From NCBI GenBank assembly GCA_026706595.1, contig JAPOYL010000007.1:24265-88264 (forward strand): DNA of 64,000 nt, written 5' to 3'. The stretch is from Gammaproteobacteria bacterium. GTDB lineage: Bacteria > Pseudomonadota > Gammaproteobacteria > UBA4575. The notes below the pieces were generated by a model. The model saw nothing but the letters and a program-made list of their open reading frames with translations. It ran no database searches and had not been told where the DNA came from. Made by a program: the position numbers and the translations under genes. Positions 24,241-35,531 of this stretch are shown here, in pieces (within the stretch, counting starts at the first letter, position 1; every line of letters starts with the position of its first letter).

Positions 24241-25485
24241 ATGGTGTCTCGGCGACGTGTTGCAGTGACCGGGTTGGGTATCGTGTCCCCCGTTGGTTCG
24301 GCGACTCAAAAGGCATGGGAAAACATCGTCGCTGGCAACAGCGGGATTTCCAACATCGACTGTTTTGATGCGAGCGAATTTTCTGTGCAGATCGCGGGGC
24401 AAACCCGGGATTTCAATGCCGATGACTATCTGTCAAAGAAAGACCAGCGCAAGATGGACCCTTTTATCCACTATGGAATTGGTGCCGGTGTCCAGGCGGC
24501 AGAGGATTCCGGTTTTGAGGTGACAGAAGAGAATGCGGATCGTATCGGGGTGGCCATTGGAAGCGGCATAGGCGGGTTGCCGGGTATTGAAAAAAGCAAC
24601 GAAGCGTACCTGGAGTCCGGGCCAAGAAAAATTTCTCCGTTTTTCGTTCCCAGCAACATCATAAACATGGTCTCGGGAAATTTGTCGATCATGCGGGGCT
24701 ACCGGGGACCGAACATTTCGATCGTCTCTGCCTGTTCCACCGGCACGCACAATATCGGGGATGCTGCCAGAATGATTGCCTACGGCGATGTGGACATCAT
24801 GATTGCCGGAGGGGCCGAGATGGCTACCTGTCCACTGGGTGTTGGAGGGTTTGCCGCTGCCAGGGCACTGTGTGCTTCTCACAACGAAGACCCGGAAACG
24901 GCCAGCCGCCCGTTCGACCTGGATCGTGACGGCTTTGTACTGGGCGATGGGGCAGGTGTCCTCGTGCTGGAAGAATTCGAGCATGCCAAGGCACGTTCTG
25001 CAAGAATCTACTGCGAGCTGGTCGGATACGGCACGAACAGCGACGCATACCACATGACCTCACCGGCCAAAGGAGGACACGGGGCTTCGAAATGCATGCA
25101 GAATGCGCTGCACGATGCGGAACTCAATCCCGTGGATGTCGACTATATCAATGCGCATGGCACCTCGACCCCGGCAGGCGATATCGCCGAGACCGAGGCA
25201 ATCAAGACCACATTCGGTGAGCATGCCAGCCAGCTGGCGATCAGTTCGACCAAGTCCATGACAGGACACTTGCTGGGTGCGGCCGGCGGCGTTGAGGCCT
25301 TGTTCAGCATCCTGGCGGTATACCACGGTATTTTGCCTCCCACCATCAATTACGACACACCGGATCCGGAATGCGATCTGGACTATGTCCCGAACGAGGC
25401 GCGCAACAAGCAGGTGGACATTGCATTGTCCAACTCGTTTGGTTTTGGTGGCACCAACGCGACTGTAGTTTTCAAAAAGGTCTAA
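24241..25485 (+). CDS. fabF: 3-oxoacyl-ACP synthase II
   Basis: It is 414 aa with the [14 protein letters not shown]-terminus, the active-site Cys region SIVSACSTG, and the C-terminal [14 protein letters not shown]. Confidence 0.9.
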   Translation: MVSRRRVAVTGLGIVSPVGSATQKAWENIVAGNSGISNIDCFDASEFSVQIAGQTRDFNADDYLSKKDQRKMDPFIHYGIGAGVQAAEDSGFEVTEENADRIGVAIGSGIGGLPGIEKSNEAYLESGPRKISPFFVPSNIINMVSGNLSIMRGYRGPNISIVSACSTGTHNIGDAARMIAYGDVDIMIAGGAEMATCPLGVGGFAAARALCASHNEDPETASRPFDLDRDGFVLGDGAGVLVLEEFEHAKARSARIYCELVGYGTNSDAYHMTSPAKGGHGASKCMQNALHDAELNPVDVDYINAHGTSTPAGDIAETEAIKTTFGEHASQLAISSTKSMTGHLLGAAGGVEALFSILAVYHGILPPTINYDTPDPECDLDYVPNEARNKQVDIALSNSFGFGGTNATVVFKKV

Positions 25486-25552
25486 TACTTGGAACCTGAC
25501 AGCGCAGGCAAAGTGGCTGCACTTTGAACGATGCTGTGTCAGGGATCTTGAA

Positions 25553-26362
25553 ATGCAGGCGCCAACCATCACAGTCAACGGGCAGGCATGCGAAAACATC
25601 ACTGTCCTTGACCGGGGTCTGCTTTATGGAGACGGCCTGTTCGAAACCATGGCGGTGCGCCATGGAAGCATACGATTCCTGGAAGATCATCTGCATCGTC
25701 TTCAGACCGGGTGCCAGGTACTGGGCCTGACCGACCTCGACCTCGACACCTTGAAAAAAGAGGTGGCCCAGATCATCAGTACCGACAAGGAATGCATCAT
25801 CAAGGTGATCATTACGCGGGGCACGGGTGACCGGGGTTATCGTCCTGTGCACCAGGCATTGACCCGGATTGTCCAGAAATTTCCCTGGCCGGTGTTCCCG
25901 CAAGCTTACCAGGACCCGGGTATTGACATCACGCTGTGCAAGTTCCGCCTGTCCCATCAACCCAGGCTTGCGCAGATCAAGCATCTGAACCGCCTTGAGC
26001 AGGTGCTTGCACGCAGTGAATGGGAAGATGAATTCCAGGAAGGACTGGTTTGCGACATGCAGGACCATGTCATCGAAGCCACTGCAAGCAATGTGTTTTT
26101 TGAGGCCAATGGCGGCCTGGTCACCCCGGACCTCAGCCAGTGCGGGGTTGCGGGGGTATTGCGCGGGCAAGTCATCCGTTACTGCCAGCGTCACAATGTC
26201 GAGCTCTCGGTTCGGGCTGTCAGCCTTGGGGAAGCGGAGGAAATGGATGCGATGTTCGTATGCAACTGTATCATTGGCATATGGCCGGTGAAACGCTTCG
26301 ATTCCCTGCAGTTTTCCAGATCTGAACTGACCGGCAGGCTGATGTCCGTGTTTAACCACTGA
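25553..26362 (+). CDS. pabC: aminodeoxychorismate lyase
   Basis: It aligns with E. coli PabC at GIKHLNRLEQVL and ASNVFF. The fabF-pabC-mltG-tmk-holB order is conserved. Confidence 0.8.
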   Translation: MQAPTITVNGQACENITVLDRGLLYGDGLFETMAVRHGSIRFLEDHLHRLQTGCQVLGLTDLDLDTLKKEVAQIISTDKECIIKVIITRGTGDRGYRPVHQALTRIVQKFPWPVFPQAYQDPGIDITLCKFRLSHQPRLAQIKHLNRLEQVLARSEWEDEFQEGLVCDMQDHVIEATASNVFFEANGGLVTPDLSQCGVAGVLRGQVIRYCQRHNVELSVRAVSLGEAEEMDAMFVCNCIIGIWPVKRFDSLQFSRSELTGRLMSVFNH

Positions 26363-26369
26363 AGGACGG

Positions 26370-27392
26370 ATGATGAATTCAAATTACGGGCTGATTGCAG
26401 TTGTCTTGTTGGCCTTGATCGTGCTGACAGCCTACTTCAAAGACTATGCGGAACGTCCGTTATCCGTTGATTCTGAGCAGGTGGAACTGGTGATTGTCCC
26501 GGGTACAAGCTTTCGGGAAGTGACCCGGCAGCTCCACGAAGCCGGCATCATTTCAAACCGGTGGAGCTGGGATACCTACGCACGCATCAGCGGCGCAGCC
26601 CACGAGATCAAGGCCGGCGAATACCTGCTTGTGAGGACGCTAAGCCCGCGACAACTGCTGCATAAGCTGGTGCAGGGAGAGGGTACACAGTTTGCCGTGA
26701 CCGTGATTGAAGGATCGACGTTCAAGCAACTCTGGGAAGCCGTCCAAAAGAATGACAAGATCACCAAGACCGTATCCTCACCGGAAAAATTGCTCACCAA
26801 GCTGAATCTGAAAAGCAGTCATCCCGAGGGGTGGTTTTTCCCCGACACCTATCGTTTCTCACCGGGCGTGACCGACGTGCAGTTTTTCCAGCATCTGGCA
26901 CAGTACATGCAGTCCGTACTGGATGAGGAGTGGGCAAAGAAAAAGCCAGACCTCCCGATCCACACCCAGGAAGAAGCCCTGATCCTGGCTTCCATCATTG
27001 AAAAGGAAACCACGGTGGATTACGAGCGCGCCATGATCTCCGCCGTTTTTACCACCCGCCTGAGACGCGGCATGCGGCTGCAAGCCGACCCTACGGTGAT
27101 TTACGGGATGGGAGATGCCTACGACGGCAACATCAGGCGCAAGGACCTGAAAAAGGATACACCTTACAACACCTACTTACACAAGGGTCTTCCTCCTACA
27201 CCGATTGCACTTCCAGGCCGTGCCTCCATTGCTGCCGCATTGAACCCGGCGGACAGTGAAATGATGTTTTTTGTTGCCAAGCGAGACGGCACACACCACT
27301 TTTCTTCGACCTATTCGGAACATCGCAAGGCGGTCATCCGTTACCAGCTCAAGGGCTGCAAGAACTGTTATGGTGGAGACCTCAAGAACTGA
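26370..27392 (+). CDS. mltG: endolytic murein transglycosylase MltG (YceG-like)
   Basis: It is 340 aa with an N-terminal TM helix and a conserved YceG-domain C-terminus, for example FFVAKRDGTHHFS. Confidence 0.85.
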   Translation: MMNSNYGLIAVVLLALIVLTAYFKDYAERPLSVDSEQVELVIVPGTSFREVTRQLHEAGIISNRWSWDTYARISGAAHEIKAGEYLLVRTLSPRQLLHKLVQGEGTQFAVTVIEGSTFKQLWEAVQKNDKITKTVSSPEKLLTKLNLKSSHPEGWFFPDTYRFSPGVTDVQFFQHLAQYMQSVLDEEWAKKKPDLPIHTQEEALILASIIEKETTVDYERAMISAVFTTRLRRGMRLQADPTVIYGMGDAYDGNIRRKDLKKDTPYNTYLHKGLPPTPIALPGRASIAAALNPADSEMMFFVAKRDGTHHFSSTYSEHRKAVIRYQLKGCKNCYGGDLKN

Positions 27393-27408
27393 GAGGCCAG
27401 ACAAGAGC

Positions 27409-28053
27409 ATGGCGGACACCAGTCAAACATTGCGTGGCAAATTCATAACTTTTGAGGGCACGGAAGGTACGGGCAAGACGACGCAGATCCAGTGCTTGGA
27501 GGAATACCTGCATTCGCGGGGTCTCAATGTCCTTGTCACGCGTGAGCCTGGCGGTACCCGGGCAGGAGAGCAGATCAGGACCGTGCTGCTGGAGCAGACT
27601 GAAGTGCCGCTTGATGCGCGAACAGAACTGTTGCTGATGTTTGCGGCGCGTGCGCAGCATCTTGAAGAAATCATTTACCCGGCACTGCGCGATGGTGCCT
27701 GGGTTCTGTGTGACCGGTTTACGGATGCAAGCTATGCCTACCAGGGCGGTGGGCGCGGTATCTCCAATTCAGACATCAAAGAAATCGAGTCGGTGGTACA
27801 CCCGGGGTTCCAGCCTGACCTGACCATCGTGCTGACCTGTGCACTGGAAACTGCAATGCAGCGCGTGAGCAGCCGCGGCAAAAAGGATCGTTTTGAACGT
27901 GAGTCACAGGATTTCTTCGAGCGTGTGCATGCCACCTACCTGAAGCTTGCCGGGAGTGACCCGGAACGTTTTGCCGTGATCGATACAGAACCGGAAATCG
28001 AAGAGGTCGCATCGCGTATCCGGCAAACCGTGGATTCAAGGTTCTCTCTGTAG
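27409..28053 (+). CDS. tmk: thymidylate kinase
   Basis: It has the P-loop FITFEGTEGTGKTT and a DRF motif, and is about 214 aa from MADTS. The ORF-track start at 27271 is an upstream extension overlapping mltG. Confidence 0.85.
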   Translation: MADTSQTLRGKFITFEGTEGTGKTTQIQCLEEYLHSRGLNVLVTREPGGTRAGEQIRTVLLEQTEVPLDARTELLLMFAARAQHLEEIIYPALRDGAWVLCDRFTDASYAYQGGGRGISNSDIKEIESVVHPGFQPDLTIVLTCALETAMQRVSSRGKKDRFERESQDFFERVHATYLKLAGSDPERFAVIDTEPEIEEVASRIRQTVDSRFSL

Positions 28054-28068
28054 GCCCGGGGTGCAATA

Positions 28069-29067
28069 GTGGTTTATCCCTGGCTGGTGGACGCATGGCA
28101 GCAGTACCTGCACTATCTGGTCAATGAGCGTCTGACGCACGCAATTCTTGTATCCGGCCCGCCTGCAATTGGCAAACTTGAATTTTGCCGGACCTATGTT
28201 CAACGCATGAACTGCACGAACCCGGACCCGCAGGGATACCCGTGCGGGGCCTGTGATAATTGCCACCTGATCAAGGCAGGTACCCATCCAGATGTGCGCT
28301 TTATCAACATGGAAGAAGCCGACAGGTCTGAACAGATCAAAGTAGATGACATACGGGAGATCAACCGGTTCATGGCACTCAGCCGCCAACAGGGTCGGTT
28401 CAAGGTTGTTTGCATCAATCGCGCGCACAGGATGAACATCAATGCGGCCAACGCACTGTTGAAGACACTTGAGGAACCGCCACCGGGTTCAATCCTCTTT
28501 CTAGTCAGTGATCGTTCCGAGGGGCTGCCTGCAACCATCAGAAGCCGCTGCCAGATCTGGAAGTTCGGCGTGCCCGATTCCACACTGGCGCTGCACTGGC
28601 TGCAGGAAAAAGCGGCCAGTTCCGCATGGCAGGATCTGCTTGGCGCTTGCGGTGGACGACCGCTGCTCGCATGGGAGTCGCATGACAGCGGCCTTGGCAA
28701 GATACGCACTGCCTTTTACGAACAGTTGCACGCATTGATGGCCGGCAAGGAAACCGTGACCGGAATTTCATCCAGGCTCAGAAATGAAGATCCGGAAAGA
28801 ATCGTCGAGTGGCTGCAAGCCTGGTGCGGTGATTTGATTCGTTGCCGCTTCAAGGAACAGCCCGAGACCATTGAAAATCCGGATGTGCTTGAAAGCCTGC
28901 AGAACCTGGCACAGCAGGCGACACCCCATTCCTTGTTTGATTGCCTGGATCAACTTACCGATTCCAAGCGTATCGTCAGCGCCTCGATGAACCAACGCCT
29001 GTTTGTCGAGAACATGCTGGTTCAGTGTCAGCAATCGCTGCAGCCGCCGTCCTTGCAGGGACGGTGA
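28069..29067 (+). CDS. holB: DNA polymerase III delta-prime subunit
   Basis: It has HAILVSGPPAIGK, a CGACDNCHL zinc module, and ALLKTLEEPP. Length is 332 aa. Confidence 0.85.
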   Translation: MVYPWLVDAWQQYLHYLVNERLTHAILVSGPPAIGKLEFCRTYVQRMNCTNPDPQGYPCGACDNCHLIKAGTHPDVRFINMEEADRSEQIKVDDIREINRFMALSRQQGRFKVVCINRAHRMNINAANALLKTLEEPPPGSILFLVSDRSEGLPATIRSRCQIWKFGVPDSTLALHWLQEKAASSAWQDLLGACGGRPLLAWESHDSGLGKIRTAFYEQLHALMAGKETVTGISSRLRNEDPERIVEWLQAWCGDLIRCRFKEQPETIENPDVLESLQNLAQQATPHSLFDCLDQLTDSKRIVSASMNQRLFVENMLVQCQQSLQPPSLQGR

Positions 29068-29166
29068 AGACCACTGCCCGCATCCCAGGCGTTCGACAAT
29101 TGTGTAATGCCTGGCCTTGATCTTCTATATAATGTTAGGAGACACACCGGGTACTTCTTGAAGCAA

Positions 29167-32064
29167 ATGAAAAAAGACTGGCTTTTGTTATCAGGCGGTG
29201 AGCAGCTCAATAGCGGGAGTGTTTCATACATAGAAGGCCTTTACGAAGACTACCTGGCCCATCCGGACTCGGTGCCTGCCTCGTGGCAGAAACTATTCAA
29301 TACACTTGAGACTTTACCCCTGCAGGGTGCATCGTCCCTTGCGGATTCCGAGCGCAGTGACACGGACCTTGCGCTGGAGCTTGACCCGGATTCCTATGAG
29401 CAGTCGGTGGATGTATTTGGCCTGATCAGTGCAGTCGAGCGCATGGCGGAATACCGGGACGAGCTGAACCGCAAGCAGGTGGATGTAGTACGCCTGATCA
29501 GTGCCTACCGGTATCTCGGTCATCGACAGGCCGACATCGATCCGTTGAATGCCACCGCACGCCCCGACATTCCTGAACTTAACCCGGAATTTCATGGCCT
29601 GAGCCACAAGGATATGGACACGGTCTTTGAGACGGGAGGCATCGGTGATGTCAAGCATGCCCCGCTGAGAGAGATCCTCAGCATGCTGTCGGTGACCTAC
29701 TGCGGCACCATCGGGTCAGAATTCAAACATATTACATCGCTGGAACAGAAAGAATGGATTCAGCGGCGCCTCGAGCAGTTTCACTTCGCACCTGAACTGT
29801 CCGACAAGCGCAAAAGAAGAATACTGGAGATCCTGATTTCGGCGAAATCGCTGGAGGTGTACCTGCACAAGAAGTACGTCGGTCAAAAGCGGTTCTCGCT
29901 GGAGGGAGGACTCAGCCTGATTCCAATTATCGATGAGCTGATCAAAAGCGGTGGCCGCCATCATGTCAAGGAAGTGATTCTGGGGATGGCACACCGTGGA
30001 CGTCTCAACATGCTGGTCAACATCCTGGGCAAGAACCCGGAAACATTGTTTAAGGAATTCGAAGACAAGCTCGGTCCCGAGCAGGGTTCGGGAGACGTCA
30101 AGTACCACAAGGGTTTTTCATCGGACCTTGCCACCGAGTGGGGCCCGGTCCATACAGTGCTGGCATTCAATCCTTCGCATCTCGAAGCCATTAATCCCGT
30201 GGTAGCCGGTTCCGTGCGCGCACGACAGGAACGCCGTGGAGACATCAGCCGCAAGGAAGTGGTCCCGATCCTGATTCATGGTGATGCAGCAATCGCAGGG
30301 CAGGGCGTGGTGATGGAAACCCTGAATTTGTCCAAGACGCGGGGCTACAGTACGGGAGGGACCATTCACGTAGTGGTCAACAACCAGATCGGGTTTACTA
30401 CCAGCGACCCCCTGGACTCAAGATCCACGCTGTACTGCTCGGATGTGGCCAAAGTCGTGCAGGCCCCGGTGTTTCATGTCAACGGGGACGATCCGGAAGC
30501 GGCGGTATTCGTTGCCCAGCTTGCTGTGGATTACCGCATGAAATACAACTGTGACGTGGTCATTGACATGGTCTGTTACCGCCAGCACGGGCACAATGAG
30601 GCGGACGAGCCGGCCGTGACCCAGCCGTTGATGTACCGGAGTATCCGCAACCAGCTTGGCGTGACCAAGAGCTACTCGAACCAGCTGGTTCAGGACGGAA
30701 CAATTACACCATCCAGGGTCAAGGCACTGGAAACGAAATACCTGAACAGGCTTCAAAAAGGGCAGCGCGTATGTGGGCCCATTGCCAAGAGAGAGGAATC
30801 GCAGTTCCTCGTAGATTACAAGCCCTACCTAGGCACGGGCTGGCGTGAACCTGCGAGTACCTGCATCAGTGAAGAGCGTATCCAAAAGCTTACGCAACGG
30901 CTCACTACCGTACCCGAGGGCTTTGTGCTGCATCGCATCGTGCAAAAGATCGTGCAGTCACGAAAGAAGATGGGCTGCGGTGAACTGCCAGCGGACTGGG
31001 GCTTCGGTGAAAATCTTGCATATGCATCGTTGCTGGAGGACGGCTACCCTGTACGCCTGTCCGGGCAGGACTGTGTACGCGGCACCTTTTTCCACAGGCA
31101 TGTCGGTTTCCATGACCAGGCAACCGGAGAGGTATACATCCCCCTGCAACATGTCACCGAGGATCAACCACTGTTTTTGCCGATCAACTCGCTGCTTTCC
31201 GAAGAGGCCGTGCTGGGATTCGAAGTCGGCTACAGCACGACTGAACCGGAGAGCCTGGTAATCTGGGAGGCACAGTTCGGTGATTTCGCCAATAATGCAC
31301 AGGTCTATGTGGATCAGTTCCTGAGTTCTTCAGAGGCAAAATGGCAACGGTACTGCGGGCTGGTGATGCTGCTTCCCCACGGTTACGATGGCCAGGGACC
31401 GGAGCATTCCTCTGCCAGGCTGGAGCGCTATCTGCAGTTGTGTGCCGAAGAAAATTTACAGGTCTGCATGCCGAGCACACCTGCCCAGATTTTCCATCTC
31501 CTGCGCAGGCAAATGATACGGCCTTACCGCAAGCCCCTGATCGTGATGACCCCGAAGAACATCCTGCGCGACGTTGATGCGTCTTCGCAAATCAGCGAAT
31601 TCAGCGAAGGTGGATTTCAGGTGGTGATTGATGCCGCTGAAAATCTGAAAGCGAAAAGTGTCAGAAAAATCATCTTTTGCGCAGGCAAGTTGTATTACGA
31701 ACTTCTGCGGGCATGTCATGAACACAAAATCACCGACATCGCCATTGTTCGAATCGAACAGCTGTACCCGTTCCCACAGAAGGAGGTGAAGCAGATCATC
31801 GGCAAGTACTCGGCAGCTCGTGAAATCATCTGGACCCAGGAGGAACCGCGCAACCAGGGTGCGTGGTACTACATGCAGTCCAGGCGTCATCTGAAAGCGT
31901 GCCTGAAGAAAAACCAGCAGTTGCGTTATGCCGGCAGATCCTACTCGGCTTCGCCGGCGGCCGGTTCCCTGCAGGTACATCGCAGACAGCAACTGGCACT
32001 CATCCACGATGCACTGGGGATTTCGAAACAGGCAGTGCGCGGCCCTTCCTTGAGGGCGGTTTAG
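29167..32064 (+). CDS. sucA: 2-oxoglutarate dehydrogenase E1 component
   Basis: It is about 965 aa from [14 protein letters not shown]. It matches the SucA N-terminus [21 protein letters not shown] and the ThDP-binding regions. Confidence 0.9.
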   Translation: MKKDWLLLSGGEQLNSGSVSYIEGLYEDYLAHPDSVPASWQKLFNTLETLPLQGASSLADSERSDTDLALELDPDSYEQSVDVFGLISAVERMAEYRDELNRKQVDVVRLISAYRYLGHRQADIDPLNATARPDIPELNPEFHGLSHKDMDTVFETGGIGDVKHAPLREILSMLSVTYCGTIGSEFKHITSLEQKEWIQRRLEQFHFAPELSDKRKRRILEILISAKSLEVYLHKKYVGQKRFSLEGGLSLIPIIDELIKSGGRHHVKEVILGMAHRGRLNMLVNILGKNPETLFKEFEDKLGPEQGSGDVKYHKGFSSDLATEWGPVHTVLAFNPSHLEAINPVVAGSVRARQERRGDISRKEVVPILIHGDAAIAGQGVVMETLNLSKTRGYSTGGTIHVVVNNQIGFTTSDPLDSRSTLYCSDVAKVVQAPVFHVNGDDPEAAVFVAQLAVDYRMKYNCDVVIDMVCYRQHGHNEADEPAVTQPLMYRSIRNQLGVTKSYSNQLVQDGTITPSRVKALETKYLNRLQKGQRVCGPIAKREESQFLVDYKPYLGTGWREPASTCISEERIQKLTQRLTTVPEGFVLHRIVQKIVQSRKKMGCGELPADWGFGENLAYASLLEDGYPVRLSGQDCVRGTFFHRHVGFHDQATGEVYIPLQHVTEDQPLFLPINSLLSEEAVLGFEVGYSTTEPESLVIWEAQFGDFANNAQVYVDQFLSSSEAKWQRYCGLVMLLPHGYDGQGPEHSSARLERYLQLCAEENLQVCMPSTPAQIFHLLRRQMIRPYRKPLIVMTPKNILRDVDASSQISEFSEGGFQVVIDAAENLKAKSVRKIIFCAGKLYYELLRACHEHKITDIAIVRIEQLYPFPQKEVKQIIGKYSAAREIIWTQEEPRNQGAWYYMQSRRHLKACLKKNQQLRYAGRSYSASPAAGSLQVHRRQQLALIHDALGISKQAVRGPSLRAV

Positions 32065-32098
32065 TGGCACAGGTGTGCAGGTAAATCAGGGTGGGTGC

Positions 32099-33400
32099 AT
32101 GAAGGTAGACGTGACTGTTCCGGAGTTGGCCGAATCGATTACTGAGGCTGTGGTGGGCGCCTGGCTGAAACAGCAGGGCGACCAGGTTGAGGAAGGGGAG
32201 CAACTGGTTGATATCGAAACGGACAAGGTGATTCTGGAGATCACGGCACCACAAAGCGGGCAACTCGTTTCCATCAGCAAACAGACCAGTGACGAGGTGC
32301 AAAGCAACGAAGTCCTGGCAGTGATCGATACCGGCAAACGTGGCTCCAAGTCTTCCGCTGCATCCGCCAAGTCCTCGACCGAAGCGGAGGCTCCCCCGGC
32401 AAAAGACGTGGCTTCTGCAAGTGCCGCAGCATCTGTATCTGCAGTGCCCGAGGCATCGCCCGAACCTGTAAAACCCCAACCTTCGAAAACCAGCCCGGCA
32501 GTCAGGAAGCTCGCTGCAGAACACGGGGTCGACCTGCAGAATGTGGAGAGCACCGGAAAGGGTGGCCGGGTAACCAAAGAGGATGTCAAGGCCCACATCC
32601 GGGCGATGGAGGCACAAGCAGAGGTTGTTCCAACGCCTGATACAACTCCGGCGACTGAATCATCCCCAGCGCCCCGGCCGGATTCCCGGGAACGGGGCAG
32701 CCGACAGCTCAGGCGCGTACCCATGACCGCGCTGCGCAAAAGCATCGCAAGACGCCTGGTAAGTGCACAGAAGCAAAGTGCCATGTTGACGACATTCAAT
32801 GAGGTCAACATGAAAAATGTCATGGAGTTGCGGAAGACATACAAGCAGGAATTCGAGAAATCCCACGGGGTCAAGCTTGGCTTCATGTCTTTTTTCATCA
32901 AGGCGGTCATCGATGCGCTGAAGGCATTTCCCATCATCAATGCATCTGTAGAGGGGGATGACATTGTGTACCACGAGTACTTCGACATCGGGGTTGCGGT
33001 CAGCACCGAGCGTGGCCTGATTGTTCCGGTGATACGGGATGCCGATCGGCTTTCATTTGCCAGGATCGAAAGCAGTATTGTGGATTTTGCTTCCAGGGCG
33101 CGCGAAAACAAGGTTACCCTGGAAGAGCTTACGGGCGGAACCTTCACGATCACCAACGGCGGCGTATTTGGCTCGATGATGTCCACGCCCATCATCAACC
33201 CGCCACAAAGCGCAATTTTGGGCATGCATGCCATTCAGGACCGGCCGATTGCACATGACGGCGAAATCCAGATTGCTCCCATGATGTACCTGGCCCTCAG
33301 CTATGACCACCGGATAATTGACGGCAAGGAAGCCGTGCAGTTCCTGGTCCATGCCAAAGACATCATCGAAAATCCTGTCCGGCTTCTGTTGCAGACCTGA
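32099..33400 (+). CDS. sucB: dihydrolipoyllysine-residue succinyltransferase (E2 of 2-oxoglutarate dehydrogenase)
   Basis: It has a lipoyl domain ([10 protein letters not shown]), an Ala/Pro linker, an E3-binding domain, and the catalytic DHRIIDG motif. Confidence 0.9.
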   Translation: MKVDVTVPELAESITEAVVGAWLKQQGDQVEEGEQLVDIETDKVILEITAPQSGQLVSISKQTSDEVQSNEVLAVIDTGKRGSKSSAASAKSSTEAEAPPAKDVASASAAASVSAVPEASPEPVKPQPSKTSPAVRKLAAEHGVDLQNVESTGKGGRVTKEDVKAHIRAMEAQAEVVPTPDTTPATESSPAPRPDSRERGSRQLRRVPMTALRKSIARRLVSAQKQSAMLTTFNEVNMKNVMELRKTYKQEFEKSHGVKLGFMSFFIKAVIDALKAFPIINASVEGDDIVYHEYFDIGVAVSTERGLIVPVIRDADRLSFARIESSIVDFASRARENKVTLEELTGGTFTITNGGVFGSMMSTPIINPPQSAILGMHAIQDRPIAHDGEIQIAPMMYLALSYDHRIIDGKEAVQFLVHAKDIIENPVRLLLQT

Positions 33401-33405
33401 CCAGG

Positions 33406-34830
33406 GTGTCCGCCATGCAGCAGTACGAAGTCATCGTGATCGGGGCCGGGCCTGCCGGCTACGTGTGCGCGATACGTTGTGCCCAGCTGGGATTCAAGGT
33501 CGCGTGTATTGACAAGTGGGTCAATGCTAGGGGCAAGCCGGCGTTGGGCGGTACCTGTCTGAACGTGGGCTGTATCCCGTCCAAGGCCCTGCTCGACTCG
33601 ACCCACCATGTCCATTTTCTGAGTGAACAGGCTGGCAGGCACGGGCTAAAAATCTCCGGGCTTGAGGTAGACATCCCCACCATGCAGAAGCGCAAGGACA
33701 AAGTGGTACAGACCCTGACCCGGGGGGTCGCGAGCCTGCTCAAAAAGAACAAGGTCGACGTGTATGCCGGTACTGCGAGGTTTCTCGGGGAGCAACGAAT
33801 ACATGTGGGACAGCTTGATGGTCCATCCGAGGAGTTGCAGGGCGAGCACATTGTCATTGCCAGTGGCTCGAAACCGAGCACCCTGCCGGACATCGAAGTT
33901 GATAATGACCGGGTACTGGACTCAACAGGGGCGTTGAACCTGCAGGAAGCCCCGGAGAGGCTGGGCATCATCGGCGCAGGGGTCATCGGGCTGGAAATGG
34001 GCAGTGTCTGGAATCGCCTGGGTTCGGAAGTCATCATCCTGGAAGCGCTGGCAGAATTTTTGCCTGCCGCTGACCGCACGGTGAGCAAGGAGGCATTCAA
34101 GATTCTGGGTAAACAGGGGCTGGATATCCGTATGAACTGCCTGGTCCAGGGAGTGCAAGTGACCAGCGACAAGGTTGCAGTAAGCTACAGCCTGAATGGT
34201 GCAGAACAGCTCCTTGAGGTCAGCAAGCTTGTCATCGCGGTGGGTCGAATGGCCGATACAACAGATCTGGACCTGGAAGCCGTGGGTATCAAGACAAACC
34301 AAAAAGGATTCATAGAAATTGATGCACGCTGGCAGACATCCGTTGAAAATGTCTATGCCATCGGTGATGTCGTCGGCGGCGCGATGCTTGCGCACAAAGG
34401 TTCCGAGGAAGGCATGGCACTTGCAGAGCAGCTCGCCAGCCAGCACGCCCACATAAACTACGAGGCGATCCCGTGGGTCGTCTACACCTGGCCCGAAATC
34501 GCCTGGGTCGGTCGCACCGAGCAGCAGTGCAAGAGCGACGGCATTCCCTGTCGCACAGGAGAATTTCCGTTCAGGGCACTGGGACGTGCACATGCCATGG
34601 ATGACACCGGGGGCCTGTTCAAAATTGTTTGCGAGCAGGACAGCGACAGGATCCTGGGGGCTCATATCCTGGGGCCGTCTGCTTCAGAGTTGATCTGTGA
34701 AGCTGTGGTGGCCATGGAGTCGGAGCTTTGTGCAGAGGATCTTGCACGAATGGTACATGCCCACCCAAGCCTGTCGGAAGGCATGCATGAAGCGGCGCTT
34801 GCAGCAGACCAGCGGGCAATCCATTTCTAG
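33406..34830 (+). CDS. lpdA: dihydrolipoyl dehydrogenase (E3)
   Basis: It has VIVIGAGPAGY for FAD binding and the GGTCLNVGCIPSK redox disulfide motif. Length is 474 aa. Confidence 0.9.
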   Translation: MSAMQQYEVIVIGAGPAGYVCAIRCAQLGFKVACIDKWVNARGKPALGGTCLNVGCIPSKALLDSTHHVHFLSEQAGRHGLKISGLEVDIPTMQKRKDKVVQTLTRGVASLLKKNKVDVYAGTARFLGEQRIHVGQLDGPSEELQGEHIVIASGSKPSTLPDIEVDNDRVLDSTGALNLQEAPERLGIIGAGVIGLEMGSVWNRLGSEVIILEALAEFLPAADRTVSKEAFKILGKQGLDIRMNCLVQGVQVTSDKVAVSYSLNGAEQLLEVSKLVIAVGRMADTTDLDLEAVGIKTNQKGFIEIDARWQTSVENVYAIGDVVGGAMLAHKGSEEGMALAEQLASQHAHINYEAIPWVVYTWPEIAWVGRTEQQCKSDGIPCRTGEFPFRALGRAHAMDDTGGLFKIVCEQDSDRILGAHILGPSASELICEAVVAMESELCAEDLARMVHAHPSLSEGMHEAALAADQRAIHF

Positions 34831-35239
34831 AGGCAAGCCATCGGCGCCGTGCGGAGCTAGTAGTGTCTTGTCACAGGCTCATGACAGCTTCGCAAATATG
34901 TAATAGACACCTTTACACTTTTCGTGCATTATTGGCGAGCGCTCGGTTCCTGTCCACGATCGACAGAGGCAGGCAGAAGCATTGAATGTATGGTTTCCGC
35001 TTTCATGAAGGTTATGCAGCAGATCTGATGTAATTTTAGATTTGTGCATCCTGTTCGTATTCATATCTAAAGCATTTCCCTTGAGTCTTTGTTTCCCAAA
35101 GTTTTTGTACTTTAGTTAGTCGTGCGAGTTTCACATGTAGGGCAGTATGGCCAGACAATATTTTGATCATCATCGATTGATTCGTGTGCTGGTTTCTGGG
35201 TGATGTTGATACTAACGGTACACATGCATAGGAGAAAGA

Positions 35240-35500
35240 ATGAATATTTACATTGGTAATTTGCCTTACACCATCTCTGAAGATGAACTGCGGGAGTTGT
35301 TTGCCGCACACGGTGAGGTGAAGAGTGCAAGCATCATCATGGACAGGGACTCAGGCCGCTCCAAGGGGTTTGGCTTTGTCGAGATGCCGGACAAGGCGCA
35401 GGGTGAGAGTGCAATCAGTGCACTGAATGAATCCAACGTGCAGGGACGTAATGTCAGGGTCAACGAGGCGCGCCCCCGACCGGACAGAGGTCCGCGTTAA
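35240..35500 (+). CDS. RRM-type RNA-binding protein
   Basis: It is 86 aa with RNP2 IYIGNL and RNP1 KGFGFVEM, preceded by about 400 nt of non-coding sequence. Confidence 0.8.
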   Translation: MNIYIGNLPYTISEDELRELFAAHGEVKSASIIMDRDSGRSKGFGFVEMPDKAQGESAISALNESNVQGRNVRVNEARPRPDRGPR

Positions 35501-35531
35501 GCCCAGGCCCTGAACAGGGACGCTAGCCCTT

